Shown: piece after piece, positions 20,221 through 30,210 of the stretch | Layout: every line of letters begins with the position of its first letter | Numbering within the stretch: the first letter of the stretch is position 1 | DNA from: Candidatus Latescibacterota bacterium | GTDB lineage: Bacteria > Latescibacterota > UBA2968 | Reading direction: 5' to 3' | NCBI GenBank assembly: GCA_965208125.1 | Contig: OZ242320.1 | Location: 4,288,001 to 4,352,000, forward strand | DNA length: 64,000 bases | Position numbers and translations under genes: made by a program | The notes under the pieces: model-generated | Databases searched by the model: none | Told to the model about the DNA's origin: nothing | The model's input: only the letters and a program-made list of their open reading frames with translations

Positions 20221-21249
20221 TCAGAGACCACCGTTCCTCCATTTGTTCAGGACATCACTGGCGACCTTCATATTGAACTGGTGTCCGCCATCAAATTGGT
20301 CGACAAACAACTGATCCGAAGCGCCGGCTGCCCCATATGCCTTCCGCACTCTGACCAATGCTCTCTCCGCCCATTCGCGTGGCGCCAGTCGATCCCTCAA
20401 CCCCCATTCAATCACCATAGGGCGGGGGGCGATGAGAGAGAAGATCTCCGGCGTATCCCCATACTGGAGAAGTCCCGGGATGAGTTGTGCGCCGCACTTC
20501 TTCAAAGCCTGATAACGTTCCTGGTACATGCTCAGACAGCCCGAGGGGACAGCAATTTTGACCCGTGAATCAAAAGCAGAGATCATCATGGCCATTCGAC
20601 CTCCGAGCGAAATCCCTGCACAGCCAAGCATCTCACTGTCGATATAATCAAGGGACTGAAGCACATCGAGTGCCGCCTGTAGATCGCACAGATGTAGTGC
20701 CACAACGGTTGTGCCCATCAGCGTTGCACAAAGGTAGTTGCGCATGCAATAGTCAACCCGGGGATTTGGATAATTGGGCCGTCGTTCGCCAAACCCGCGT
20801 AGATCGGGCATCAGGGTGACGTAGCCCTGCTGTGCGAATTTCTGGCCGAAGTTGTATCCCTTCGTAACAATTTCTTCTTTCCGCTCGGGTGAAATGTCGA
20901 TCCCCGCCACACCATCTTTCCCAAACTGGCTGTGCCCGTGCAGGCAAAGGAGACCCGGAACCCGATTCTGTAACTCCTTGGGAACGAGCAAATAAGCCGG
21001 TACGAACACGTCCAGCTCCGTCTGGTAGCGAATGCGATGGCGTACGTGGTCCCCACAATCCGTTTCAGTCAGGAATTCCAGAGAAAGGTCTGACCGTTCC
21101 GGGCGAAGGCCCAACAGTTCCACTACTGTTGACCGAAATCGATCCTGCCACCTCTCCAGTTCATCGACCGTTGAGCCGTCGAATAGCATTGATGGCTCAA
21201 ACTGATCCAGCAGTTGCGAAAGGTCATCTTCGAATATGATGGGTCTCAT
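20221..21249 (-). CDS. Alpha/beta hydrolase (Abhydrolase_7 / acetylxylan esterase-like)
   Basis: LCLHGH, PDLRGFGER, GCAGISLGG, IAPRP, FDGGH. Confidence 0.87.
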   Translation of the reverse strand: MRPIIFEDDLSQLLDQFEPSMLFDGSTVDELERWQDRFRSTVVELLGLRPERSDLSLEFLTETDCGDHVRHRIRYQTELDVFVPAYLLVPKELQNRVPGLLCLHGHSQFGKDGVAGIDISPERKEEIVTKGYNFGQKFAQQGYVTLMPDLRGFGERRPNYPNPRVDYCMRNYLCATLMGTTVVALHLCDLQAALDVLQSLDYIDSEMLGCAGISLGGRMAMMISAFDSRVKIAVPSGCLSMYQERYQALKKCGAQLIPGLLQYGDTPEIFSLIAPRPMVIEWGLRDRLAPREWAERALVRVRKAYGAAGASDQLFVDQFDGGHQFNMKVASDVLNKWRNGGL

Positions 21250-21263
21250 TGTCCAGTCTCGGT

Positions 21264-21292
21264 AGTATAAAATTTAATTCAGCAAAGCACAA
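21264..21292 (-). promoter_or_regulatory. Candidate sigma70 promoter for the hydrolase
   Basis: Minus strand TTGTGC-N17-TATACT ending about 15 nt upstream of the ATG. Confidence 0.45.
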
Positions 21293-21338
21293 GCGAATCC
21301 AAATCTCTTTGGGATTCCCGGGATTCTTTGGTTGCGGG

Positions 21339-22373
21339 CTACTCAAACCAATGAGGGGATTGCGGGCGCTTCGTGCGAATCGAATCCAGTGCTGCCTCAC
21401 AGATAGAAACTATGCGCGCACCCCATCGAGCAGGGATTGGATTACTGATTTTGCCATCGAGTAGATTCAGATAATCGACCACAGAGCGTCCCCAGCCGTG
21501 TCCTCCAATCACTTCATGAGCAGATGATTCTTCAATTGGAACTGGCTCATGGCCACGGCGGAAGAGTTGGCCTTTCCACAACGTGCCTTTGGTGCCATAT
21601 ACAGCCAAAAAACCACCGCCCATTCCCTCGCCCATGCCATGTCCGGAGCAGCCGCTTGTCACAAAGACTTTGCCTGTGACGCCATTTTCAAATTGAAGGA
21701 TTACAATGTAACAGTCATCATCTGGAAATACCGGGATGCTGAGCTTATTGCTATAGGCATAGACCTCCGTAACCGGGGATTCGACGGTCCACAAAATCAG
21801 ATCAAGTGGGTGGCAGCCGCCACCCAGCAGGATATTCTGGGGATTTTGCTGATCAATGCGCCAGGGTGTGTGGTTTTTACCCTCGGGTGAATAATGGCTC
21901 CACATGTCATGGATGTAATCGCCCTGGACAAAGAAAACATCGCCAATCTCACCGGATTGGGCCATCAGTGCCATTTCGTGCCAGGGATGCAGGTAGCGCA
22001 TGGTTTGGTCGGTCATGACGTGCCGGCCACTCTCTGCCTCAGCGTTGAGGATGCGTTGGGCATCTGCTACTGTGGTGGCAAGCGGTTTTTCCACCAGGAC
22101 GTGGCAGCCCTGCTCCAATGCTGTGACAGTCTGGTCGGCGTGCAAGTGATCCGGTCCTGCCACGACTACAACATCGGGTTGCGTTTCTCGCAAGAGTCGA
22201 GCGTAATCGTGGCCAGTCGAGGCATCCGGATATTGCTCCTGCATCATGTTCAACTGTGCCGGCTGTGGATCGACGAGCCCCACAATTTTTCCACGTCCAT
22301 CAGCGGCGGCTACCTGGGCCACGTTACGGCCAGCGCTTCCACAGCCGCTAATCAAGAATTTGTAAGGTTTCAT
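21339..22373 (-). CDS. Gfo/Idh/MocA family oxidoreductase
   Basis: GCGSAG Rossmann motif, HVLVEKP, GGCHPLD. Confidence 0.92.
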   Translation of the reverse strand: MKPYKFLISGCGSAGRNVAQVAAADGRGKIVGLVDPQPAQLNMMQEQYPDASTGHDYARLLRETQPDVVVVAGPDHLHADQTVTALEQGCHVLVEKPLATTVADAQRILNAEAESGRHVMTDQTMRYLHPWHEMALMAQSGEIGDVFFVQGDYIHDMWSHYSPEGKNHTPWRIDQQNPQNILLGGGCHPLDLILWTVESPVTEVYAYSNKLSIPVFPDDDCYIVILQFENGVTGKVFVTSGCSGHGMGEGMGGGFLAVYGTKGTLWKGQLFRRGHEPVPIEESSAHEVIGGHGWGRSVVDYLNLLDGKISNPIPARWGARIVSICEAALDSIRTKRPQSPHWFE

Positions 22374-22404
22374 GGCAGACACCTCAAATACTCAATGTAC
22401 GGTT

Positions 22405-23898
22405 TCAGGTGCTGTGTCGTTCGTTGGTTGCCGTCCCCAACTCAAAGGCGTACAGGGTGGCCCGGTTCATCTCGAAGCGGACGTTGACCTTCTTGCCGGC
22501 AAGCGGCGAGAGATCCGGGATCCCTTTCCACTTCAACGACTGCCGGAATTGATCACCAGAGACCCGTTCGCATTCGTCGAACGAATAGCCGGGAAGCGGA
22601 TCGGCTGGTTCGGGTGGATGCGGAATGTTCTCATAGAGAGCGGCTCGAATCCATCCGCCCCGGTCAGCCGTATAGTTTAGTAAAAGCTCTCCGCCGCTTA
22701 TCTTCCGACTCTCCAGGGTAAATGCCCCGCGATTATCCGCTCGTATGCCCCCGAGCCGGTGCTCCGGCCACATCGCCAGCCGAAACCGACCGGCTGTATT
22801 GACGTCCCGGTAGTACACTTCGTGATGTCGAGCCGTTCTGCCGCTGTATGGCAGCGCAAAGCACCCGTCCGGCAGTACGACCAGTCCCGGTCCTCCATAT
22901 ACGCCACCTTCGTCGCCGCTTCCGTTTTCTCCGCGAGGAATGATCGGTTCCCGCGATGGCCTCGACCAGTTGACTCCATTGCTGCTGACCGCCAGTTGCA
23001 TCTCTACGCTGCAGTCAACCTGGTGGAAGACGGCGGGAAACATCAGGTGCAGGTCAGTTCCGGGATAACGGCAATAGGCGTTGGTATAGAGCGAGTCGCT
23101 CGGTCCATCCAGCGCATCCGCAGCGAGTATCGGTTTTGGTACCGGCCACTTCGAAAAGTTTTCGGTCTCTGACATCCCCACCGCTCTGCGCCCGTCGATT
23201 TTAGTCCTGAAATACCCGACGTACCGGTTCTTTTTGACATCGAAATACGCCACGGTCTGCGAGTCGCAAAACGCTTTAAAAACCGGTTCATCGAGTACCA
23301 TCCACCGTATCCCGTCCACAGACGTCATCGCGCGGTGTGTACCCACCAGCCGCACCTTCTTCCGCACCTCGTCACGGTTGTAGCCCTGTTCGCCCAGTTC
23401 CTTCCATTTCGCAAGACCTTCTTTATTAGAAATCTCATTGCCCGCTTCGTCGTACCATCGCGGGCTATGGCCGAGCTTCTTGTAGCGATCACCTCCTGCA
23501 GGGTTCTCGTCGATGAATACCGAACCTCGAAGGGCATGAGGGCCGACCAGACAGATATTGTTCTTCGTCGAGCCTTCAAACTCATATAGTCCGAGCTCCG
23601 GTTTGTTCCAGCGAAAACCGTCTTCGCTTTCGGCATAACACATGAACTGTGAAGTAGGGGGGGCACCACTGCGCGCTCCGTACCACATTCGGTACTTGCC
23701 GGCATCCTGCCTCACCGTCACGTGACTGATCTGCTGTCTCTCCCACGGCCGGTCGGCGGCCACCACGACCTCCGACTTCTCCGCAGGTGTAAGCACCAGG
23801 CGAATCCCTTCGGGTGCGTGAAACGGATATGCATTTCCCGCCTCGTCGTACCGTGAGGCGCCAGCGAATACGCGCGAATAACTCAATAATGGTTCCAT
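22405..23898 (-). CDS. Beta-propeller glycoside hydrolase-like hypothetical protein
   Basis: YRMWY, YAESEDGFRWNKPELG, SVDGIRW, DSQTV, QLAVSSNGVNW, C-terminal VRFEM..ATLYAF; RBS GGAGG. Confidence 0.7.
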   Translation of the reverse strand: MEPLLSYSRVFAGASRYDEAGNAYPFHAPEGIRLVLTPAEKSEVVVAADRPWERQQISHVTVRQDAGKYRMWYGARSGAPPTSQFMCYAESEDGFRWNKPELGLYEFEGSTKNNICLVGPHALRGSVFIDENPAGGDRYKKLGHSPRWYDEAGNEISNKEGLAKWKELGEQGYNRDEVRKKVRLVGTHRAMTSVDGIRWMVLDEPVFKAFCDSQTVAYFDVKKNRYVGYFRTKIDGRRAVGMSETENFSKWPVPKPILAADALDGPSDSLYTNAYCRYPGTDLHLMFPAVFHQVDCSVEMQLAVSSNGVNWSRPSREPIIPRGENGSGDEGGVYGGPGLVVLPDGCFALPYSGRTARHHEVYYRDVNTAGRFRLAMWPEHRLGGIRADNRGAFTLESRKISGGELLLNYTADRGGWIRAALYENIPHPPEPADPLPGYSFDECERVSGDQFRQSLKWKGIPDLSPLAGKKVNVRFEMNRATLYAFELGTATNERHST

Positions 23899-23932
23899 AT
23901 GCCCTCCAGTGCCTCTGAAACCCAAACGTTCA

Positions 23933-24718
23933 CTACCTTCTTTTTGCACTAATTTCAGCGATGGTATCACCGGTTATTTTGACGGTGTGGGTATCTACTC
24001 GCTCAACGTCCTCACGGGCAGCTCTGGCCTCGGCACTATCGGCGGACTGATATTCGGTCGCGAAAATATACGGGGATGGGATTGTATAAGGTGCGATTTT
24101 CCCGATCCGCCCCATGGCCTTGCGAGCGCCTTCTCGGAGCAGATCCCGAGCTTTAGTGGGGGAGAGGGAGAGGGCAGCCGTGCGGCTGAGCCCCTCTTTC
24201 ACGACAACGCCTTCAATGTCGGGAACGTATTGTCGAGCCTCATCTACAGCAGCTCGATCCCCGCTGATGAAAACTGTGGGCACGCCAACCTCACCGGCAT
24301 GGGCTATGTTGAAACCAATTTCACCGATCAGTTCATCATTCAACCAGCAGTTGGCAATGCTTCGGGAGCTCCAGCTGTGACACAGCACACCATCAGGTGT
24401 GTTCTCCATCGCGTGATGGCCATACAAAAACTGCGCCTCAAATGTCAATCCCATCTCCCACGCAGAGCCTCTGGGGCGACCGAACATCACCCGGGCTTCG
24501 CGGTGGATGTGTTCGATATTGATTCCGCCGCTGCCGTGTCCGTCCAGCACGATAGGGTCAGTGGCGCCTCCTTCCATAGCACCGTCTATGAGGGCGTTGA
24601 TCTCCAGAGTGGCGAGATATTTGGCCTGTTCGTTGTCGCGCCCCCCGTCGTAAGTCTGAGTTTTGAAATCTACGACGCCGGCAGTGCCTTCCAAATCGCA
24701 CAAGATAAGAATTCTCAT
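23933..24718 (-). CDS. M55 family D-aminopeptidase (DppA-like)
   Basis: ILCDLEGTAGV (DxE), DGHGSG, GHH, LCHS, IGEIG, ISGD. Confidence 0.9.
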   Translation of the reverse strand: MRILILCDLEGTAGVVDFKTQTYDGGRDNEQAKYLATLEINALIDGAMEGGATDPIVLDGHGSGGINIEHIHREARVMFGRPRGSAWEMGLTFEAQFLYGHHAMENTPDGVLCHSWSSRSIANCWLNDELIGEIGFNIAHAGEVGVPTVFISGDRAAVDEARQYVPDIEGVVVKEGLSRTAALSLSPTKARDLLREGARKAMGRIGKIAPYTIPSPYIFATEYQSADSAEARAAREDVERVDTHTVKITGDTIAEISAKRR

Positions 24719-24779
24719 GGATAGTCTCCTGATGAACATGGCGGGAGATGTTTCACGTTAAGGGGTACAATGGCGGTGT

Positions 24780-25883
24780 TCATTCACAGTACGGCACAGC
24801 CACGCGCTCCCCATTGCGCATGGCCGACTCGTGTGCGCAGACGCCCGCAGCAGTCCAATTCGCTGCTGTGAAAACGTCCACAGCCGGAGGACGATGCTCG
24901 ACGATGCTTCGAACGAACTCGTGGGCCATAGGGATCCCGGTTTGGCGTCGGATCCGGCTGGTGCGCACAATTTCCGCAATCGCATCGGGCACCAGGTCAG
25001 CCATTGGGGGCAGGTCCATCCTCTTGACGGATACCTTGCGGCCCCGCTGACCATCAGGGAGGACACCGGTTTCTGCCTTAAACACCACGGGATCCTCGCC
25101 CGCAATCTGGGGCGACTCGAAACTCAGGCGGCTGCCGTAGAGGTAGAACCGGTCGCTCAGGAAGCTTCGCGCAAACCTGTGGAAAGACGCTGTTATCTCA
25201 CAGATCGCATCCAACCCTATAAGTTCGAAGATTGCACTCTCCGTGGTATATGGGCTTCCGTACTGCCGTTCTTCTTCGGGGAGCGTTCCTGAGCCCCTGC
25301 ACTGGACACCCGCCACTGTACAGCCTGTCACGTGAAGCAGGGGCCCGAGTCCGTGATAGCAGTAGTACATTGGCGGCAGGCCGCGCCAGTAGTCGGGCCA
25401 GCCTTCCATGTTTTGATAATGAACACCACGCATTAGCTGCAGGTCCCCAAACGCTCCGTCCCGGTATAGTCGCCGGACGTACAGACAGGCAGCAGAAGCG
25501 ATTTCGGTCTCCATCAGCATGTACGTCTGCCCGGTCTCCGTCTTGGTGGCGACCACACGGTCCACGTCTTCCAGACTGAGTCCCATGGGAATGGCACAGG
25601 CGCAGTGTTTGCCCGATTTCATCACGGCGATTGACTGTTCCACATGCAGCGGAATCGGTGTTACCAGATGCACGGCATCGTATTCATTCGATGCCAGCAC
25701 TGAAGCCAGGTCGCCGTGTCTCCGCTCGATTCCGAGTTTATTGCCGACGGTGTTTAGCAGCCTTTCATCCGGTTCGCAGATACCGACGTGTGCCACGTCC
25801 GGGAGAGCCGCGTATGCGGCCGCCCAGGTTTGTCCGAAGTTTCCGAGTCCCACAACGGCGATACGGATCTTTCCTGCAGTCAT
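24780..25883 (-). CDS. Gfo/Idh/MocA family oxidoreductase
   Basis: VVGLGNFG, AVHLVTP, GKHCACAIP, YMLMET, GLPPMYY. Confidence 0.88.
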   Translation of the reverse strand: MTAGKIRIAVVGLGNFGQTWAAAYAALPDVAHVGICEPDERLLNTVGNKLGIERRHGDLASVLASNEYDAVHLVTPIPLHVEQSIAVMKSGKHCACAIPMGLSLEDVDRVVATKTETGQTYMLMETEIASAACLYVRRLYRDGAFGDLQLMRGVHYQNMEGWPDYWRGLPPMYYCYHGLGPLLHVTGCTVAGVQCRGSGTLPEEERQYGSPYTTESAIFELIGLDAICEITASFHRFARSFLSDRFYLYGSRLSFESPQIAGEDPVVFKAETGVLPDGQRGRKVSVKRMDLPPMADLVPDAIAEIVRTSRIRRQTGIPMAHEFVRSIVEHRPPAVDVFTAANWTAAGVCAHESAMRNGERVAVPYCE

Positions 25884-25936
25884 CTTTTCATCTCCAGAGG
25901 ATAGGGACATACGCCTGCATCCGATAGAGAAGACTT

Positions 25937-26000
25937 TTATCTTCTTTTTTGGCTAATTTCAGCGATGGTATCGCCGGTTATTTTGATGATATGGATATCT
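25937..26000 (-). pseudogene. Diverged 3'-end copy of the M55 peptidase gene
   Basis: DIHIIKITGDTIAEISQKRR* versus DTHTVKITGDTIAEISAKRR* (23933-23996); 10 mismatches in 64 nt, no indels. Confidence 0.9.
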
Positions 26001-26100
26001 CCTTCCACGATGTATCACATTGTCAAAATACATGATTGTGGGGTGCTCCTGCAAGCAGAGATGTGTCCGCTCCTCTTAGAGATGCTCTGTCCAATTGCGT

Positions 26101-26129
26101 TTGACTTCGGCATGGCCACTTTCTATCTT
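26101..26129 (+). promoter_or_regulatory. Candidate sigma70 promoter for the sialidase-like gene
   Basis: TTGACT-N17-TATCTT, followed by GGAGG RBS motifs and ATG at 26184. Confidence 0.55.
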
Positions 26130-26183
26130 GCCCCTGAAAGATATTTTGCTACCTGGATCAATTTTTTGGAGGAGGATCGGAGG

Positions 26184-27449
26184 ATGGCGGCTAAACCAGA
26201 TTTTCGCAAGCCAGTGCCGGAAGGTGTGGTGGAGCAGACCGGCATCGGTACTGGTTCAGGCAATGGGATGGTGGTCTTAGACGACGGCTCCCTGATGATG
26301 GTTGTGGGGAGTCGCCGCCATATCTCGACTGACGGCGGCCAGACCTGGGGCGAGTCGCGGCCGCTGAACTGCGAGGCGATGGGAAGTTCGTCCAACCTGT
26401 CGTGTATAAAGCTGCAGTCGGGCAAGCTGGCACTGGCGCACCGGGGCAAGGAGGAGGAAGGGTGGGGGACGGAGATGTTCAACTGGAATCCCTTTTATTT
26501 TTCGGTGTCTGAAGACAGCGGCCAGACCTGGGCGGGCGCGTGGCCGATGAATCTGCTGGGCGGGCCGTACCACGATGCGATGATTCAGCTGTCGAGCGGG
26601 CGGTTGCTGATGCCCAGCCGGATCTGTCACAGCAACAGACGGCACCCTGGTTTGGAATACGATCGGGTGAGCAGTTACGGGATCTGGAAGGGGCTGCGGT
26701 TGCAGGTGAGCGGACATTATCACTATCCGGAGGTAGATATCGCCGCGGTGAGTTATTCGGACGACGAGGGACAGACGTGGCAGCAGTGCCAGGGGCAGTT
26801 GATGGGCTGGTTCGACGCGGAGGGCATTCCCAACGGGCGCGGAGGAATCACAGCGGTGGATGAACCGAGTGTGGCGGAATGCGCGAATGGGCGGGTGATG
26901 TTGCTGGCGCGATCTACTGTGGGGCGGTTGGTGCAGTGCGCCAGCGAAGACGGGGGAGAGACCTGGACACCGATTTTGCCGAGCGATCTGGCGAGTTCGT
27001 ATTCGCCACCGAGGCTGCGTCAGATTCCGAGTACGGGCGACTTACTGTGTGTGTGGAATCAGGTATCACGGGATGAGATCAAACGGGGCTATCGGCGGGG
27101 ACGACTATCGGCGGCGATTTCCAGGGATAGTGGCGCGAGCTGGGAGCGGTTCGAGACAATTGAGGTGAGCGAGGGGATGGAGGACGTGGAGCGGGTGGTG
27201 CCGCAGGAGCCGATTACGCCAGTGGTCGGGTTGCCCGATGTGGGTATGCTGCCGGAGGGGTTCGCCACTTTCGACTACCCCAATGTGTGGTTTGCGGGCG
27301 ATAAGGTGTACCTGACATACCACCGGAGCTGGGTCGAAGTAGATGAGGACGCCGGGGAAGCGGTGATACTGGGGGAACGGAAAGGGAAGGCGAAGAAGCC
27401 GCGCGAGATGGTGTTGCGCATTTATCCATTGGCGGAGTTTTACCGCTGA
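26184..27449 (+). CDS. BNR/Asp-box sialidase-like protein
   Basis: Asp boxes STDGGQTW, SEDSGQTW, SDDEGQTW, SEDGGETW, SRDSGASW; EPSV; FDYP. Confidence 0.88.
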   Translation: MAAKPDFRKPVPEGVVEQTGIGTGSGNGMVVLDDGSLMMVVGSRRHISTDGGQTWGESRPLNCEAMGSSSNLSCIKLQSGKLALAHRGKEEEGWGTEMFNWNPFYFSVSEDSGQTWAGAWPMNLLGGPYHDAMIQLSSGRLLMPSRICHSNRRHPGLEYDRVSSYGIWKGLRLQVSGHYHYPEVDIAAVSYSDDEGQTWQQCQGQLMGWFDAEGIPNGRGGITAVDEPSVAECANGRVMLLARSTVGRLVQCASEDGGETWTPILPSDLASSYSPPRLRQIPSTGDLLCVWNQVSRDEIKRGYRRGRLSAAISRDSGASWERFETIEVSEGMEDVERVVPQEPITPVVGLPDVGMLPEGFATFDYPNVWFAGDKVYLTYHRSWVEVDEDAGEAVILGERKGKAKKPREMVLRIYPLAEFYR

Positions 27450-27462
27450 AATATCATTTATT

Positions 27463-28923
27463 CTATCTCGTGAAGGGCTTCCGTTTCATCGAAGAATAGA
27501 CACCTTCCAAAGTTCCGGCCTTTTTATGCCATATCAATGCCTGTTCATTGGCGTCTTTGACATACTTGAGCGCCTCGGTAATGGGCTTCCCCATAGGATC
27601 GAAATACCCGGTCTGGGACTTACCCGTAGCGTCATGCGTTCCGGCCCAGGTTTCGATATACCCACACGTCTGCCAGCCCAGCATAAAGGGCAGGTTCATG
27701 ATTCCCTTTAAATATACGGCGTACTGTTTGCCTTTATCCTCGATAGTGGGGACTTCTACCCCCTTCACGCGATCCATCTGGGGGCGCAGGAATCCATAGG
27801 CGTGGTCGCCGTTGATGATGGGCTTTCCTGTCTTTTCATAAATTCTCCGCAGTTTTTTTTCGTGAGCCGGCGTATAGAAATCGTAATCCTGGATCAGCAC
27901 CACATCTACGTAATTCTTCACAATATCCCACACCCAATCGGGTTGGGGCCTCGCATTTTGTATTTTATCGCCAAAAATCAAATGATGGGGGTCGTGTTTC
28001 CTGATGGCATCGTGGTGAGCCTTGAGATAAGCGTCAACGATTTTTGCATTCATAAGTGCCTGATCGGTAAATCCCCTTTTGGGATTTTGGGGCATACCAT
28101 ACTCGCTTATTTTGAAAAAATCCTCCCACGTATTCACATTTAATCCGTACATTTTCCCAGCCTCAGCAGCGGAAGAATACTGACCTTGTAATACTCCAAT
28201 CCAAACTCTTTTGCCTGGTGTCTTGCCGGGGCGAGACAAGATGTCCATGATCCAGGGATGGTGCTCAAAGCTTCTGATTGGCTTTCCCAAATTGTGAACT
28301 GTGTAAGCGGGTAGATCTTCGTAACTGTATCCTAACAAGTACTTTGAGTTTCTGTGCTTTGAGGTGTAAGCTTTGACAAAATGGTCGAGTTTTTGTTGCC
28401 AGGCAGGATCAAATACGTCGGGGAAGCGCTTGTCGGCTGACCACTGTTTGACCCGTTTGGGGTGAACATGGCTCATTCGCAGCTTGCCAAAATAATACAA
28501 CTTCAATTCGTTGCAGTAATCCGTGGGCATTACGTGTGGATGATGAAATGCCAGGGTATTGAAACCGTAATCTTTATGATCCTTAGCTATAATCTCCAGC
28601 CAAGTCCTGGCTCCTTCGGACTTAAAATCGACTCTTTTTCCCTTCATGATCCCGCCGCCGATTTTCTCGATCCAGTGTTCTTTGTTGTAACTGGCAAATC
28701 TGGACAGGGGACCTACGTGATTCATTCCAAGCGGAATAAAGGGTTCGCCATCACCGTTGACCATGGTCCAAATTCCTCCTACCTCTTCCAGGTGGACAAA
28801 GTCTTTGTTCCCAATGATTCTGGCTTCGCCTTCCTTGTCAATCGCCGCAAACGAGTGACCAAACCCGACTGTACAAAATAAGAAGAGCATTGTTGCTCTG
28901 AATAGAGCTTGTGAAAGTATCAT
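27463..28923 (-). CDS. Secreted agarase-like (GH50-like, clan GH-A) glycoside hydrolase
   Basis: Signal peptide; GMNH, YGFNT, FPDVFDP, LLGYSYED, AIRKHDPHHLIFGD, TGKPIINGD. Confidence 0.65.
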   Translation of the reverse strand: MILSQALFRATMLFLFCTVGFGHSFAAIDKEGEARIIGNKDFVHLEEVGGIWTMVNGDGEPFIPLGMNHVGPLSRFASYNKEHWIEKIGGGIMKGKRVDFKSEGARTWLEIIAKDHKDYGFNTLAFHHPHVMPTDYCNELKLYYFGKLRMSHVHPKRVKQWSADKRFPDVFDPAWQQKLDHFVKAYTSKHRNSKYLLGYSYEDLPAYTVHNLGKPIRSFEHHPWIMDILSRPGKTPGKRVWIGVLQGQYSSAAEAGKMYGLNVNTWEDFFKISEYGMPQNPKRGFTDQALMNAKIVDAYLKAHHDAIRKHDPHHLIFGDKIQNARPQPDWVWDIVKNYVDVVLIQDYDFYTPAHEKKLRRIYEKTGKPIINGDHAYGFLRPQMDRVKGVEVPTIEDKGKQYAVYLKGIMNLPFMLGWQTCGYIETWAGTHDATGKSQTGYFDPMGKPITEALKYVKDANEQALIWHKKAGTLEGVYSSMKRKPFTR

Positions 28924-28952
28924 AACTGTTTCCTCTTTTCTTTAAACCTGAA

Positions 28953-29990
28953 TTAGTCGAGCCTCCCCTGATAGCAGGCATCGTCCCACAGGGTCGCCTG
29001 GAAACGTGGCTCATTACCCGTTAGTACCGCAACCGCATCCTTGCACGCGTCGGTGAAACAACGTCGGTGGCAGAAATCCGTGCCCCCTGCGATGTGAGGG
29101 GTTACCAGCACGTTGGGGTGCCGACGAAACCAGGCATCGGGCGGGGGAGGTTCCGGTGCGAACACGTCAATTGCCGCAGCAATCTCCCCGGCCTCAATGC
29201 GTTCCCACAGCGCATCTTGCTCAACCACTGCCATGCGCGTGACAAGCACGAACAAAGCACCCCGTGGCAAGGCGTTGATGACTTCTCTGCTGATAATCTG
29301 CTGGGTTGTTGGCGTTGGAGGTAGGCCGACGACAAAGACTTCGCTGGACGCAGCCAGTTCCACAAGTGATAGGGTGCGCTCGACACCGTGTGCCGCAAGT
29401 GCGGCATCTGCGACATAGGGGTCGTAGGTTCTCGTGATGCACTTGAATGGGGCAATCAGTTCGGCGTATCGCCGGTTGATGCTGCCGAATCCGGCGAGTC
29501 CCACACGCCTGCCTGTCAGGTCACCATAGACAAAGCCCGGCTTATTCCACGCGTGAGATTTCCATTTGCCCTGGCGTGCGAGATAGAGCGATTCGGGGAT
29601 ATCGCGGATGAGATTGAGTGTCATGGCGAGCGCAAATTCGGCAACCGATGGGGTCATGCTGCGCGAAGTATCAATAAGCGGAATGTCGCGGTCTGCCAAC
29701 TCCTGCAGGTCAACCCAATCATTGAAGCGATTGTCAAACGTCCCGGCTAAGACCTTCATCCGCTCAGCAGATTGCCAGTCTTTAGGGGTGGTGGCAGGAC
29801 GGTGCCAGGGACCTATCACAACGCCATCCGCAACGGGAAGGCGATCAAAAAATCGCATGAACGCTTCCTCGTCCTGTTGACCAATCTGGCGGACGATTTC
29901 GACTTCGCCCTGCGTCTCAAGGAACGCACAGCCTTCCTCGGTGCACTGCCGCTGTCGATTGGAATCGGTCTCGAACACAAGAATGTGCAT
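28953..29990 (-). CDS. D-isomer-specific 2-hydroxyacid dehydrogenase
   Basis: SVAEFAL, DLTGRRVGLAGFGSI, YDPY, AIDVFAPEP, VTPHIAG; start at MHILVF after GGAGG. Confidence 0.9.
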   Translation of the reverse strand: MHILVFETDSNRQRQCTEEGCAFLETQGEVEIVRQIGQQDEEAFMRFFDRLPVADGVVIGPWHRPATTPKDWQSAERMKVLAGTFDNRFNDWVDLQELADRDIPLIDTSRSMTPSVAEFALAMTLNLIRDIPESLYLARQGKWKSHAWNKPGFVYGDLTGRRVGLAGFGSINRRYAELIAPFKCITRTYDPYVADAALAAHGVERTLSLVELAASSEVFVVGLPPTPTTQQIISREVINALPRGALFVLVTRMAVVEQDALWERIEAGEIAAAIDVFAPEPPPPDAWFRRHPNVLVTPHIAGGTDFCHRRCFTDACKDAVAVLTGNEPRFQATLWDDACYQGRLD

Positions 29991-30018
29991 GGGTGTTCCT
30001 CCAAATACTTTGCTAATA

Positions 30019-30123
30019 TCAGTTTTGAGGAAAATGAGCAACTGTTTCGCCGCTTTCATCGAGAAATTCTAATCTGGCTGTGCCTTCTGGTTCAACAGAA
30101 AGTCTTATTCGGATCTTTGAATC
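30019..30123 (-). pseudogene. 3' stub of an unrelated gene
   Basis: Reads DSKIRIRLSVEPEGTARLEFLDESGETVAHFPQN*, protein-like, with no start and an in-frame stop upstream. Confidence 0.55.
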
Positions 30124-30210
30124 TTCAGTACAGTAGTGCGCTGTACTTCAAGGAGTTCTCCCACTGTTTGATACAGACAATCTATATGCTGCCACACACG
30201 TTCTAATGTC

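Noticed and set aside
25965-26183. N-terminal extensions in the ORF track (also 4745, 4843, 12096, 30059, 39858, 55025)
   Set aside because: Better RBS-supported starts lie downstream; the extensions overlap promoters, stubs or other genes.
30128-30146. Inverted repeat GTACAG...CTGTAC
   Set aside because: Short stem within a gene remnant; likely chance.
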